Source: Candidatus Micrarchaeota archaeon
GTDB taxonomy: Archaea > B1Sed10-29
Length of the DNA: 64,000 bases
Assembly (NCBI GenBank): GCA_964579265.1
Contig: CAZOFO010000001.1
Location: 15,367-79,366 of the forward strand
Direction of reading: 5' to 3'
In this document: piece after piece, positions 36,627 to 46,157 of the stretch
Numbering within the stretch: position 1 is the first letter of the stretch
Layout: every line of letters starts with the position of its first letter
The notes under the pieces: model-generated
The model's input: the letters and a program-made list of their open reading frames with translations, nothing else
Told to the model about the DNA's origin: nothing
Database searches by the model: none
Made by a program: the position numbers and the translations under genes

Positions 36627-36742
36627 AAAATCTACAAAAAATAATCCTCTACCTACAAACACTAGTTCTTTTAAAAGATAAGTTCTTTCTATTTCTAAAG
36701 GAAAATCTTGTACTCAATAAAAAGCAGTGAGAAAAAGATAAA

Positions 36743-38212
36743 ATGATCAAAATAAAATTCGAAGACGTCAAAGTAATATTCAGAGACCTCGGAGAAGTAA
36801 TGATGTACTTCTCCTCAGCCTTTCTCCTTCCAATAATAGTTTCACTTATCTACAGAGAAGGATCAAATGAACTAATCTACTATCTAGCCCCTGCTATACT
36901 TACTTTCACTTTCGGTCTACTACTAAACAGAGTTTTCCACACAAATAAAGATACCGAGAAGACCCACGCCTTCAGCATGGTTGTCATAGCCTGGTTCATC
37001 CTACCTCTTTCAGGAGCAGTACCCTACATGCTCTACGGAGTACCTTCTGGAAGCGCTTACTTCGATTCCGTTTCAGCATTCACTACTACAGGGTTAACAC
37101 CACTTAGAGAACAAGGAGCTTATCCCGCTAGCTTAATGTTCTGGAGAAGCACACAAGCCTGGATAGGAGGAGCAGGAATAATAGTTCTAGCACTAGTAGG
37201 AATATTCGCATATATAAAATCCTACCAGCTATACAAAGCAGAAGGAAGAGAAGAAAGGCTAAGACCCAGTATTAAAGGAACTGTGAAAAGGATATGGTGG
37301 ATATATATAGTTCTAACTTCAATAGGAGTATTATTGCTACTAATATCAGGATTAACTCCTTTCCAGTCAGTAAATTATTCAATGAGCGCTATAAGCACCA
37401 ATGGAATGGATATGGCGTGGATGCAACTTGAAGAGATGAATAACTTAGGGGCTGAAATATCAATAGCTATCATAATGCTTCTAGGATCATTCTCATTCTA
37501 CATACACTACCAGTTCCTGAAGAAAAAATGGAGGTCCTACCTCGGAGATATACAGGTTAAACTAACCATAATACTCCTCCTATTAGGAGCAATGGTTACC
37601 CTACCTCAATTCATGTCCATGTACGGATCCGCAGACGGAGTAAGGTACTCACTATTCCACTCAACTTCAGCGATAACTGCAGGAGGATTCCATTCGGTTT
37701 CAGGAGTTGAATGGACGGAAGGCATCAAGATCACTCTTGGCCTACTCATGGTGGTAGGAGGATCGGCCGGATCGACCGCAGGAGGACTTAAAATAATAAG
37801 GTTCTGGATATTCCTCAAATCCATATACTGGAAGATAAAAGAATACGCTTTGCCTGAAAGAGCACACTTCTCAAGGAAAATAGAAGGAAGAGAAACCTCA
37901 GACAAACAATTAAGAACTACATATCTATTTATATTGCTCTATATATTATTCATAGTTCTCGGTGGACTAGTAATAACGCTTTCAGAGCCAGGGGTATCTT
38001 CAGGAGATGCTCTAGTAGCCACCTCCTCATCACAAGGTAACGCGGGTCTCATGATAGGAGTAGTGGAACCGGGAATGAGAAATGTAACCAAGGCGGTACT
38101 AGTCTTCAACATGGTGGTGGGCAGAATAGAAATAATACCAGTGCTACACGCAATAGGGTTCCTGCTCAGATATAAAAAGACCCCTTCCCTAAAAAAATCA
38201 AGAAAGATTTGA
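36743..38212 (+). CDS. trkH: TrkH potassium uptake membrane protein
   Basis: Pore loops SAFTTTG, SAISTNG, SAITAGG and GNAG; GGSAGSTAGGLKIIR; VGRIEIIP. Confidence 0.93.
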   Translation: MIKIKFEDVKVIFRDLGEVMMYFSSAFLLPIIVSLIYREGSNELIYYLAPAILTFTFGLLLNRVFHTNKDTEKTHAFSMVVIAWFILPLSGAVPYMLYGVPSGSAYFDSVSAFTTTGLTPLREQGAYPASLMFWRSTQAWIGGAGIIVLALVGIFAYIKSYQLYKAEGREERLRPSIKGTVKRIWWIYIVLTSIGVLLLLISGLTPFQSVNYSMSAISTNGMDMAWMQLEEMNNLGAEISIAIIMLLGSFSFYIHYQFLKKKWRSYLGDIQVKLTIILLLLGAMVTLPQFMSMYGSADGVRYSLFHSTSAITAGGFHSVSGVEWTEGIKITLGLLMVVGGSAGSTAGGLKIIRFWIFLKSIYWKIKEYALPERAHFSRKIEGRETSDKQLRTTYLFILLYILFIVLGGLVITLSEPGVSSGDALVATSSSQGNAGLMIGVVEPGMRNVTKAVLVFNMVVGRIEIIPVLHAIGFLLRYKKTPSLKKSRKI

Positions 38213-38263
38213 ATAAAATCAACTGAATAAAAAACTTTAGAATAACATTAAAAAGGTGATTAA

Positions 38264-38914
38264 ATGTACATCGTTGTAATAGGTGCAGGAAAAATAGGAA
38301 GACATCTCACAAGAATATTGATAGAAGAAGGACACGACGTAGTAGTAGTGGACCGAGATGGAGACGTATGTCATGAAGTAGCATCCGAATACGAAGCACT
38401 AACAATAAGAGGAAATGCAACAAGACCAAACGTACTAGAAGACGCAGGTATAGGAGAAGCTGACTCTGTAATATCTTTAACAGGAACTGACGAAACCAAT
38501 CTAGTAGTCGGAATGATAGCCAAACAAATGGGAGCAAAAGAAGTAGGAATAAGACTAGGAGCAACACACTACGACGAAGAAGTTCTCCATAGATTAGGGA
38601 TAGACAGAGCTATTTATCCAGAAGCTAACGCTGCAGGATACATATCTCAAATTATTACAAAGCCAGAAGTAGTAAGTTTATCATTCCTAGAAAAAGGAGA
38701 AGCAGTAATACTTGAACTAGAACCTACAGAAGGATCAGAGATAGCAAATGAAAAGGTAAAAAAAGCAGAAAAGCCAGAAGAAGCTTCAGTAGTAGCTATA
38801 TATGAAGACGATAAACTAGTGATACCAACACCTGAAACAGAAATAAAACCAGGACAAAAAGTACTAATGCTAACAAGAAAAGAAAAAACAAGCGAAGTTG
38901 AAAAACTGGCTTGA
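38264..38914 (+). CDS. trkA: TrkA potassium uptake regulatory (RCK) subunit
   Basis: IGAGKIG Rossmann motif, GNATRPNVLEDAGI and TGTDETN. Confidence 0.93.
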   Translation: MYIVVIGAGKIGRHLTRILIEEGHDVVVVDRDGDVCHEVASEYEALTIRGNATRPNVLEDAGIGEADSVISLTGTDETNLVVGMIAKQMGAKEVGIRLGATHYDEEVLHRLGIDRAIYPEANAAGYISQIITKPEVVSLSFLEKGEAVILELEPTEGSEIANEKVKKAEKPEEASVVAIYEDDKLVIPTPETEIKPGQKVLMLTRKEKTSEVEKLA

Positions 38915-38983
38915 AAAAACTTCTGGAAAAGACCAAGCTCTAAAAATATCGATAGAAACAATCAAAAGAAGAGGCGATAAAAT

Positions 38984-39466
38984 ATGACCGAAGATACACT
39001 AGTTAATGAAGGAGACGAAATCAAGTTTCACGGAAAGATAGGAGACTGGGTATGCGTTAAAAAAGGAAAATTCAAAGAAGACACCGATCCAATGGAAGTA
39101 GCTAAACTTCTTGCCAGTGTATACGACTCTTTCAAAAGAAAAATATGGGACTATGTTGGAACAGGGATAGATCTAGAAGAACTCGATCAAATCGCCTACG
39201 ATATCACAGGAGCAGAGTACGATGAAGATGAAGATGAATACAGAATAAAAGGAAGAATAAGCAATGACCAGATAACTCAAGCACTTCAAGATCTGAAAAA
39301 TAAAGTTCCAAGAAGAATAGATATAGAAAACAGCGAATTAAGAGAAGTAGCAAAGACTTACGTCACCAGAAAAACACTGGAATTGCTAAAAATAAGAATA
39401 GAGCCCGACCCAGATAACTTCGAAGACTACCTTGAAAAAAAGAGAAAAGGAATGATTCAAGAGTAA
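38984..39466 (+). CDS. DUF2666-like archaeal protein
   Basis: IKFHGKIGDWVCVKK...MEVAKLLASV pattern. Confidence 0.6.
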   Translation: MTEDTLVNEGDEIKFHGKIGDWVCVKKGKFKEDTDPMEVAKLLASVYDSFKRKIWDYVGTGIDLEELDQIAYDITGAEYDEDEDEYRIKGRISNDQITQALQDLKNKVPRRIDIENSELREVAKTYVTRKTLELLKIRIEPDPDNFEDYLEKKRKGMIQE

Positions 39467-39540
39467 CCGGTAAATAACTGGAAAAAACAAAGAAGATATA
39501 ACTCTCTCTGACAAAAATAGTTACACGATTCAAAGGTAAA

Positions 39541-39613
39541 GGGGTCATAGGGTAGCCTGGTATCCTACCGGCTTTGGGTGCCGGTGACCTGAGTTCAAAT
39601 CTCAGTGACCCCA
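39541..39613 (+). tRNA. tRNA-Pro(TGG)
   Basis: GGGGTCA/TGACCCC acceptor stem; CCGGC-TT TGG GT-GCCGG anticodon arm. Confidence 0.95.
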
Positions 39614-39649
39614 TTTCAATTTGAAAAATTAAGCTTTATTTCAGTATTT

Positions 39650-39735
39650 GCAGGGGTGGCGGAGCCCGGTCAAACGCGTGGGACTTAAGATCCCATGGCT
39701 TAGTGCCTTCAAGGGTTCGAATCCCTTTCCCTGCA
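39650..39735 (+). tRNA. tRNA-Leu(TAA)
   Basis: GCAGGGG/TCCCTGC acceptor stem; TGGGA-CT TAA GA-TCCCA anticodon arm; long variable arm. Confidence 0.95.
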
Positions 39736-39767
39736 TATAATATACTGCAGAGGATCTTCTAAGGTAT

Positions 39768-40184
39768 TCATTCCCAACATACTATTAGTTTAGAACTAGT
39801 TTCAATTTCCCCTGGATCTCTAACTTCTATATTAAATTCCCATGCTTCTCCTGAAGAATTCAAAGGAGTCATAGCTTTATCTAAATCCACATCACAGTCT
39901 TCAGGTTCTGCTTCATCCCAATCAACATCTAATTCTATCCCCCTGGTTCTGCTTGATTTCTCCATTCTTTCAAACGATTTTTCAAATCTGGTGGTGTTAT
40001 AGGGATCTGTCTTCACTAGGCTTATCATCTCTTTTTCAACGTTTTTTCTTACGGTTGTGGTGGGATTTGTTTCTATGTAATCGGATTTTCTCTCTAGTTC
40101 GAGGTGAGGAACAAAGGAAAGTATTCCTGATAGAGCAAATCCTATCATTACTACAGTTATTATGAATAGCTGTCCTTTTTTCAT
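39768..40184 (-). CDS. Class III signal peptide (pilin-like) protein
   Basis: MKKG-QLFIITVVMIGFAL N-terminus. Confidence 0.75.
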   Translation of the reverse strand: MKKGQLFIITVVMIGFALSGILSFVPHLELERKSDYIETNPTTTVRKNVEKEMISLVKTDPYNTTRFEKSFERMEKSSRTRGIELDVDWDEAEPEDCDVDLDKAMTPLNSSGEAWEFNIEVRDPGEIETSSKLIVCWE

Positions 40185-40939
40185 TTATTCCACACTCCTA
40201 CTACTACTTTTTTCGGATCGTAGTTAGGTTTTACTCTGGTAATGTTTAGTTCGACTTTGTTGTAGGAAGTTTCTACATCGGGACCTAGAGTTACTTTGTA
40301 TTCGTTTTCAGCGTCTGGCAGGTAGTCAGTTATATTTAATGTTTTCTCTTCTGATTCCTCTTCTGAAAAACTCAGTGTACCTGCTTCTATTTTTTCAGTT
40401 TCATTTTCCACTAGAATCGATGTTTCTCCTTCTCCAGTCTGTGTGGCTTCTACAATCAGGATATTTTTCTTTCCTCTTTCATTTTTATCTACATCGAATT
40501 TTACTTCTTCCTCTTCCCCCTCTGATAGTAATAAGTTCTCTATACCTGTTTTTACTGTATTTATATCTTCTTGAGTATGTGTATTTACTATGCAGCTGCT
40601 GGTGGCCACTGTTTTTTCCTCAGGAAATTCTCCGGATTTTCCAACTAAATTTTGAAGATAGCTTCCGTTATATATTTTTACATTTGACCCTAAGCCTTTT
40701 GGAGTCAATCCTTCTATCTCCGGGACTTCCCCTTCCTCAACCAGGCTCTCTCTTATTAGGTTATTGTTACATAGTGATAGTGATATGCTTTCTGATTGTC
40801 TTTTTAACCTTGGTGTGTTGTAGGGGTCTGTATAGCTTGGTGTTGATGTGATTTGCACTGATGCTAGAAAAAGTGTCAATAGGTGTATTGCTAGAAATGC
40901 TTCTATTGTTCTTATTAATCCTTTTTTCATTTTTTTCAC
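40181..40939 (-). CDS. Class III signal peptide (pilin-like) protein
   Basis: KKG-LIRTIEAFLAIHLL N-terminus; C-terminal VGVWN strand. Confidence 0.75.
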   Translation of the reverse strand: MKKMKKGLIRTIEAFLAIHLLTLFLASVQITSTPSYTDPYNTPRLKRQSESISLSLCNNNLIRESLVEEGEVPEIEGLTPKGLGSNVKIYNGSYLQNLVGKSGEFPEEKTVATSSCIVNTHTQEDINTVKTGIENLLLSEGEEEEVKFDVDKNERGKKNILIVEATQTGEGETSILVENETEKIEAGTLSFSEEESEEKTLNITDYLPDAENEYKVTLGPDVETSYNKVELNITRVKPNYDPKKVVVGVWNK

Positions 40940-40942
40940 CTA

Positions 40943-41428
40943 TTACCATGTTTGAATTTCTATTTCAGATTCTCTATATTCTTCTCCTGTCCATATATAG
41001 CTTCTTGTTCTTTTTGTTCTTGCTCCTGCTGTTTCATTTGCTTGGCATTTATATGTTTTATCGCTTTCTATTTCGCTTACTTTGATCTTTAAAGAAGTTT
41101 CTACAGGTATTTTTTCCTCTAGTTCACTGCATCTTGTCTGATTTATCTCTTCTAATTTTTGAAGGTCCAGGATATGTGGATTGTTCCCTTCTTCGTAGTA
41201 CGTTAGTCCTAGTTCCTGAACTTGGTTTATGCTGCTCCAGTTTCTAGGTTTTCCAGGGTTTTGGGTAATTGTTTGAGATATTAATATATTTTCAATCTGG
41301 TCTGGATCTCTTTGAGTTCTTAAAGTATCTAAAGGATATGCTGAAGCTCGCATGGCTATTATATATCCTGTTATAAATATCATTACAGCTATTATGAAGT
41401 CATAGGTCATTATTCCTTTTTCATTCAT
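40943..41428 (-). CDS. Class III signal peptide (pilin-like) protein
   Basis: EKG-IMTYDFIIAVMIFI; PGKPRNW...LGL motif. Confidence 0.75.
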   Translation of the reverse strand: MNEKGIMTYDFIIAVMIFITGYIIAMRASAYPLDTLRTQRDPDQIENILISQTITQNPGKPRNWSSINQVQELGLTYYEEGNNPHILDLQKLEEINQTRCSELEEKIPVETSLKIKVSEIESDKTYKCQANETAGARTKRTRSYIWTGEEYRESEIEIQTW

Positions 41429-41464
41429 CTCTTGGTTTCCCCTCCTTCCTTAGATTTATTTTAT

Positions 41465-42706
41465 TTATCCTACAGGAGAACCAGCTGCCTGAGCATCTGG
41501 TGATTCTCCGATTATTATCTGATATTGGTTTTCCGGCATTGCTTTTACTCTTGCTCCCACTGAAGAACTTTCTCTTACTTCTATTTTTTCTGCAGTAACG
41601 TCTAATTTGTTCTCTCTACAGGGTTCACAATTCATTTGCACGAAGATAATATCTTCACTTTCTATATTTCTTAAGGGATCTATATCTTCTTCTGCTGCTA
41701 TCTCTCTAACTTTTTCTGCTATTTCTTCGGTGGTTACGTCTTCTCCTATTGTGTATACTGCTTGTCCTGATTCTTCGTCTACTGCTCCTGGAGCTATTAC
41801 TGTTATTTCTTCTGATATTGATCTGGTGAATGGTGGTGGGGCTAGGAAGAATTGGAAAAGTATTGTGGTTATTATTACTAGTATGACGGAGTGTTTGACT
41901 CCTGAGAGTATTGATCCTTCTCCCATTTGACCTGCTATTAGTCCTGCGAAGAATCCTTGCACTAGTGATAAGTGGAAGAAGTAGGTTTGGAAGTCTTGTG
42001 GTGATAAGTCGGTGGGTGTACCTCCTACTACTTCTGCAGCCTGGTTGAGGTCTGGTGTTGCTGGTATAAAGGATACTGTAAGGGCTGCTATTATTCCTAG
42101 GAATAGGAAGAATATTAGGTATATTGATATGGTGTATACTCTTAATTTGCTTTCTCTCTGTTTTTTCATTCTTTCTATCGATTTTATGTCTCCTGCGACT
42201 GTTTTCAGGGCTTTTGCTATGTCTCCTCCTGATCTGTGGCTTTCTATTATAACGGTTATTGCTTTTTTAGCTAGGTAGCTATCGTTTCTTTCTATGAATT
42301 TTTCCATGGCTTCTTCAAATGGTACTCCCCAGCTTATTTGGTTTGCTGTTTTTTCCATCTCTTCGGATAGTGCTCCGTAGCTTCCTTTTGTAGATGTTTC
42401 CAGAGCTTTTGGTAGAGTTAAGCCTGAGTTGATTGCTTCTGAAACGTCTCTTAGGTAGTCGGGGAGGTATTTTTCTATCTGTCTTATTCTTCTGTATTTC
42501 CAGTACCTGTAAAAAGTGTAGGGAAGTCCAATTAGCATTATTGAGAGTATTGTTATTGTTTGGAAGTATTCTGTACCTGCTAGAGTTACTACTGACAATA
42601 TTAGGGCTATCATTCCGATTATTGTTATAAGAATAGTTATTTTTTCAGTCCTCTCAAGGTCTTTTATTTCTCTTTTTAAAGATTTTTTAAATTCCATTTT
42701 TGACAC
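41465..42706 (-). CDS. T2SSF/TadC-like pilus platform protein with C-terminal extension
   Basis: LPDYLRDVSEAINSG, YGALSEE, ISWGVPFEEA and GLIAGQMGEGSILSGVKHS motifs. Confidence 0.88.
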   Translation of the reverse strand: MSKMEFKKSLKREIKDLERTEKITILITIIGMIALILSVVTLAGTEYFQTITILSIMLIGLPYTFYRYWKYRRIRQIEKYLPDYLRDVSEAINSGLTLPKALETSTKGSYGALSEEMEKTANQISWGVPFEEAMEKFIERNDSYLAKKAITVIIESHRSGGDIAKALKTVAGDIKSIERMKKQRESKLRVYTISIYLIFFLFLGIIAALTVSFIPATPDLNQAAEVVGGTPTDLSPQDFQTYFFHLSLVQGFFAGLIAGQMGEGSILSGVKHSVILVIITTILFQFFLAPPPFTRSISEEITVIAPGAVDEESGQAVYTIGEDVTTEEIAEKVREIAAEEDIDPLRNIESEDIIFVQMNCEPCRENKLDVTAEKIEVRESSSVGARVKAMPENQYQIIIGESPDAQAAGSPVG

Positions 42707-42715
42707 TTATTTTTA

Positions 42716-43612
42716 CTATGCTCCTGTTTCCGGTTTGCTTCCTTTTAACATTATTATGAATAGTATTGATAGTATTGGGAGTAGAATATAGATTAATAAA
42801 GTAAATAGGTCTCTTAGAGGTATTGGTAGTCCTCCCATGGTTCCCATTATAGTAATCATTATTACTGCGAGTACTGGTCCCGCTACGAATACGGTTGTGT
42901 ATACTTCAGCCATTATTTCCAATGAATCTATGTATTCTCTTTGTTTATCTTTGTGTTCTTCCATGTACTGGGTTGATTTTTCAAATAAGTAGTCTCTAGT
43001 GTTTCCTCCTGTTCTTTCTATTGATACTAGTCCCCATAACATATCTTTAAATTTCGGGGAAGGTGTTTGTCTTGCTGCTTCTGCTATTGCTGTGACTGTA
43101 TCGTATCCGAATACTTCTATATTTCTTGATATTCTTTTGCATTCTTCTGATAGTTTTCCATATTCTTCGAATTCTCCTACTGTTTTGAAGACTTGGTATA
43201 GAGGTATTCCTGCTCCGGCTGTAGTTGCCATGTGTCCGGCAGCGTACGGGATGTGTTTTTCGATCTCTTCTCTTATCCTATCCAGACGGTACGAGGGGTA
43301 TATAACGAAAGCTATGAACACTCCGGCTATATAGAGCATGGAAAGAGTTATTGTAAGTAGGGCTAGGATTATTCCTGTCATCTCCAGTATTTGTGTTAAT
43401 AGAAAATAGAAGAAGGTTATTGCTAGGGGGGTGGTTATCATTATGGTGAATATTGCTGTTGATATGTATTCTTCTATTGTTACGTATATCCTGGCTCTTT
43501 GTAGTGTTGGTTTTAATGGTTTCATTGTGTCTTTGAGCCATTCTATATCTAGTACTCCTATTTTTTTCATTATCTTATAGGCTAGGATCCTGTACTGTTT
43601 TGGAAGGAACAT
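42716..43612 (-). CDS. T2SSF/TadB-like pilus platform protein
   Basis: EYGKLSEE, FGYDTVTAI, TPSPKFKDML and AEVYTTVFVAGP motifs. Confidence 0.88.
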   Translation of the reverse strand: MFLPKQYRILAYKIMKKIGVLDIEWLKDTMKPLKPTLQRARIYVTIEEYISTAIFTIMITTPLAITFFYFLLTQILEMTGIILALLTITLSMLYIAGVFIAFVIYPSYRLDRIREEIEKHIPYAAGHMATTAGAGIPLYQVFKTVGEFEEYGKLSEECKRISRNIEVFGYDTVTAIAEAARQTPSPKFKDMLWGLVSIERTGGNTRDYLFEKSTQYMEEHKDKQREYIDSLEIMAEVYTTVFVAGPVLAVIMITIMGTMGGLPIPLRDLFTLLIYILLPILSILFIIMLKGSKPETGA

Positions 43613-43613
43613 T

Positions 43614-45590
43614 TTATGTTTTCACTTCCTCTTCTTTTATTTTTTCCATTAGTTTTTCAGGATTGCTCTGGTACTGTGCTATTACTTCTCCTACTTCTTC
43701 AAATCCTGTTATGTTGTTTTCCTGCATCCATTTTAGTATTGTAGCTCTTCTCTGCAGTTCTCTCCACATTTCTTCTTTTGATATTCCTTTTTCATCGGAT
43801 ATTTCTTTTAGTATATGGCTTTCTTCTGATACGAATTCGAAGTAATCGTCCGAGGGTACGTAAGTGAATAGTTCATTGGTTATTGGTTGTCCTGTGTCCA
43901 TATCTACATCTACTACTTCTACCAGTGATTTTACTCTTCTTGCATCTATTTTTTCTACTTTGGAAAATCCCAGTATTATTATCACATCGAGGTGTTGAAG
44001 CAGTCCAGGAGAGAGATTTATTGGTTCTGTTTTTAATCTGTTTATTACTGCTTGTATGGAGTCTGCGTGCATTGTTGCGAATCCAGGGTGTCCTGTTGCC
44101 ATTCCCTGGAACAGGTTGTATGCTTCTTCTCCTCTAACTTCTCCCACTATTATATGGTCTGGTCTTTCTCTTAATCCTGCTTTTACTAGATCGAACATTG
44201 TTACTTCTCCTTGTTCTGTTTTTCCTTTTTTTCCTGTTTTTGTAGCTATTTTGTTTATCCAGTGTTCGTGGGGAAGTCTAATTTCAGGTGTGTCTTCTAT
44301 TGACACTATTTTACGGTCTCTTGGTATGAACATGCTTAGAGAGTTCAGCATTGATGTTTTTCCTGTTGCTGTTCCTCCGGATACTAGTACTGAGTTTTGA
44401 TATTCTACTGCTACCCATATGTATGCTCCTATTATTGCTGGGACTGTTCCAAAGTTCAGTTGATCTATTATTGTGAGTGGTTCTTCTGTGAATTTTCTTA
44501 TTGTAAATGTTGATCCTTTCATCGCAATTTCTTTTCCTGCTGAGTAGGTTGCTTGTAATCTGGATCCGTCTGGTAGTGCTCCTTGTAGTAATGGTTCCGA
44601 TACTGATATGTGTTTCCCTGTTCTTTGAGCTAGTTTTGTAACGAATCTATCTAGTTCATTACTGTCTTCATAGGTTACGTTTGTTTTTAGAGATCCATAT
44701 CTTTTGTGGTATATGTATATTGGTATATTTTCTCCGTCGCATGAGATATCTTCGATTGATTTATCGTGCATTAAAGGTTCTATTTTTTCTAGTCCTAAGA
44801 AGTCTCTGTATATGTAGTATAGAAGTTTATTGTATTGGTCTTGCGTTATCTCTATTTCGTAATTCTTTATTATCCCGCTGAGTTTATCTTTTAGATATTC
44901 TCTCATTTCTTGTCTTTCTGTTGCTTCCATTAGGTTTACATCTAGTAGTTCTTTTAGAAGTCCTTTTATCTTCTCTAGTTTTTCTTTTTCTTCCTCAGTT
45001 AGTGGTGGTTCCAGTACGTCGTAGAGCAGTCTTTCTTCATCTTCGTTCCAGTGCAGTCTTGCGTATGCCCAGGGTTCTATTAATTCGTATCTTTCATCTA
45101 CTTCTTCTAGTTTTGGTGGTTGCCAGGAAGGATTTATTTTTTCTGCTTTTACTTTTTCAGGTATGCTGAATAGTTCAGGTCCTCCTCTAACTTCTTGTAT
45201 TGGTTTTACTCCTTCTTTTAGTCTTATTTTTCTAGTGACTTGTGGGAATTCCCATACTTCTGGTTTTTGGAATTTTTTCTGTTCTTTTTCTTCTTCCTTT
45301 TTCTCTTTTGCAAAACCTCCTTTTATTTCTTTCTCTTTTAGTTTTTCTAATCTGGGTGATGTTCTCGTTTCAGGAGGTTCTCTTTTCTTAGTGGCTAGTT
45401 CTTCTTCTTTTGTTTCTTCTTTCATTCTTTCTCTTCTTTGGAATATGTTTTCTCTTTTCGGAGGTATTTCGGTTGGTTTTCTTTCTTTTCTTTCTTTGTT
45501 TTTTTCTTGTATTTTTTCAGCTGCTTTCTCGTGTTCTTCTTTTTCTTCTAATTTTTCTCCTGTTTTCTTTATTATGTCTTTAAGAGCCAC
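43614..45590 (-). CDS. Type II/IV secretion (pilus assembly) ATPase, VirB11/ArlI family
   Basis: IEDISCDG, Walker A SGGTATGKTS, SIEDTPE, RERPDHIIVGEVRG and GMATGH...TMHA motifs. Confidence 0.93.
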   Translation of the reverse strand: MALKDIIKKTGEKLEEKEEHEKAAEKIQEKNKERKERKPTEIPPKRENIFQRRERMKEETKEEELATKKREPPETRTSPRLEKLKEKEIKGGFAKEKKEEEKEQKKFQKPEVWEFPQVTRKIRLKEGVKPIQEVRGGPELFSIPEKVKAEKINPSWQPPKLEEVDERYELIEPWAYARLHWNEDEERLLYDVLEPPLTEEEKEKLEKIKGLLKELLDVNLMEATERQEMREYLKDKLSGIIKNYEIEITQDQYNKLLYYIYRDFLGLEKIEPLMHDKSIEDISCDGENIPIYIYHKRYGSLKTNVTYEDSNELDRFVTKLAQRTGKHISVSEPLLQGALPDGSRLQATYSAGKEIAMKGSTFTIRKFTEEPLTIIDQLNFGTVPAIIGAYIWVAVEYQNSVLVSGGTATGKTSMLNSLSMFIPRDRKIVSIEDTPEIRLPHEHWINKIATKTGKKGKTEQGEVTMFDLVKAGLRERPDHIIVGEVRGEEAYNLFQGMATGHPGFATMHADSIQAVINRLKTEPINLSPGLLQHLDVIIILGFSKVEKIDARRVKSLVEVVDVDMDTGQPITNELFTYVPSDDYFEFVSEESHILKEISDEKGISKEEMWRELQRRATILKWMQENNITGFEEVGEVIAQYQSNPEKLMEKIKEEEVKT

Positions 45591-46023
45591 AGTGATTCAC
45601 CATCTCTATCTTTGTTTCTTCTGATCCTTCCTTGAATATTAAACATCTTTCACCTGGTGATACTTCTCCTGAAATATTTTTTTCACTGCATTTTATGTTT
45701 GTAGTTTCTATATTGTTTTCTGCGGGCATGTGAGTTTCCGTGTTTATCGTTATTTTTCCTTCTTGGCATTCTAATGAGGATGCGTATCCTGTTTCTATTC
45801 TTGGGAGGTTTAATTTTATTTCAGTGGTTTGATTAGTGTTTTCCATGGTTGATACTCCGTAATGTAGTTTTTTATTTATGTATTGATTTATTTCTTCTAC
45901 TTTCTCTCTTATTCTTTGGTCTCTGGCATTTTGGGTTTGAGAGTGAACTGTGAAGTAGGCTGTTATTAGTATTGTTCCCATTATCGCGTATCTTAGTGTT
46001 ATTGTGGCTCCTAACGGTGGCAT
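45580..46023 (-). CDS. Membrane-anchored pilus-associated protein
   Basis: N-terminal hydrophobic helix and Cys pairs; stop overlaps the ATPase start. Confidence 0.6.
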   Translation of the reverse strand: MPPLGATITLRYAIMGTILITAYFTVHSQTQNARDQRIREKVEEINQYINKKLHYGVSTMENTNQTTEIKLNLPRIETGYASSLECQEGKITINTETHMPAENNIETTNIKCSEKNISGEVSPGERCLIFKEGSEETKIEMVNHCGS

Positions 46024-46157
46024 CTTTATCCTTTTTTTGATTTTTTATTTTCTTTTTCAAGTGTTTATTAATAATTAAATCAATAAATAAGTTTCCTTTA
46101 AATATTTCCTGTGTTTTTTCTTGAGTGTCTTGGAAATTTCTCTAGTTATTATTTTCT

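Noticed and set aside
39363..39614. Minus-strand 83-aa ORF
   Set aside because: It overlaps tRNA-Pro and the end of the DUF2666-like gene; spurious.
34036..39735. Integrated element or provirus at the tRNA cluster
   Set aside because: No integrase, viral structural gene or att-like duplication of a tRNA 3' end was found.
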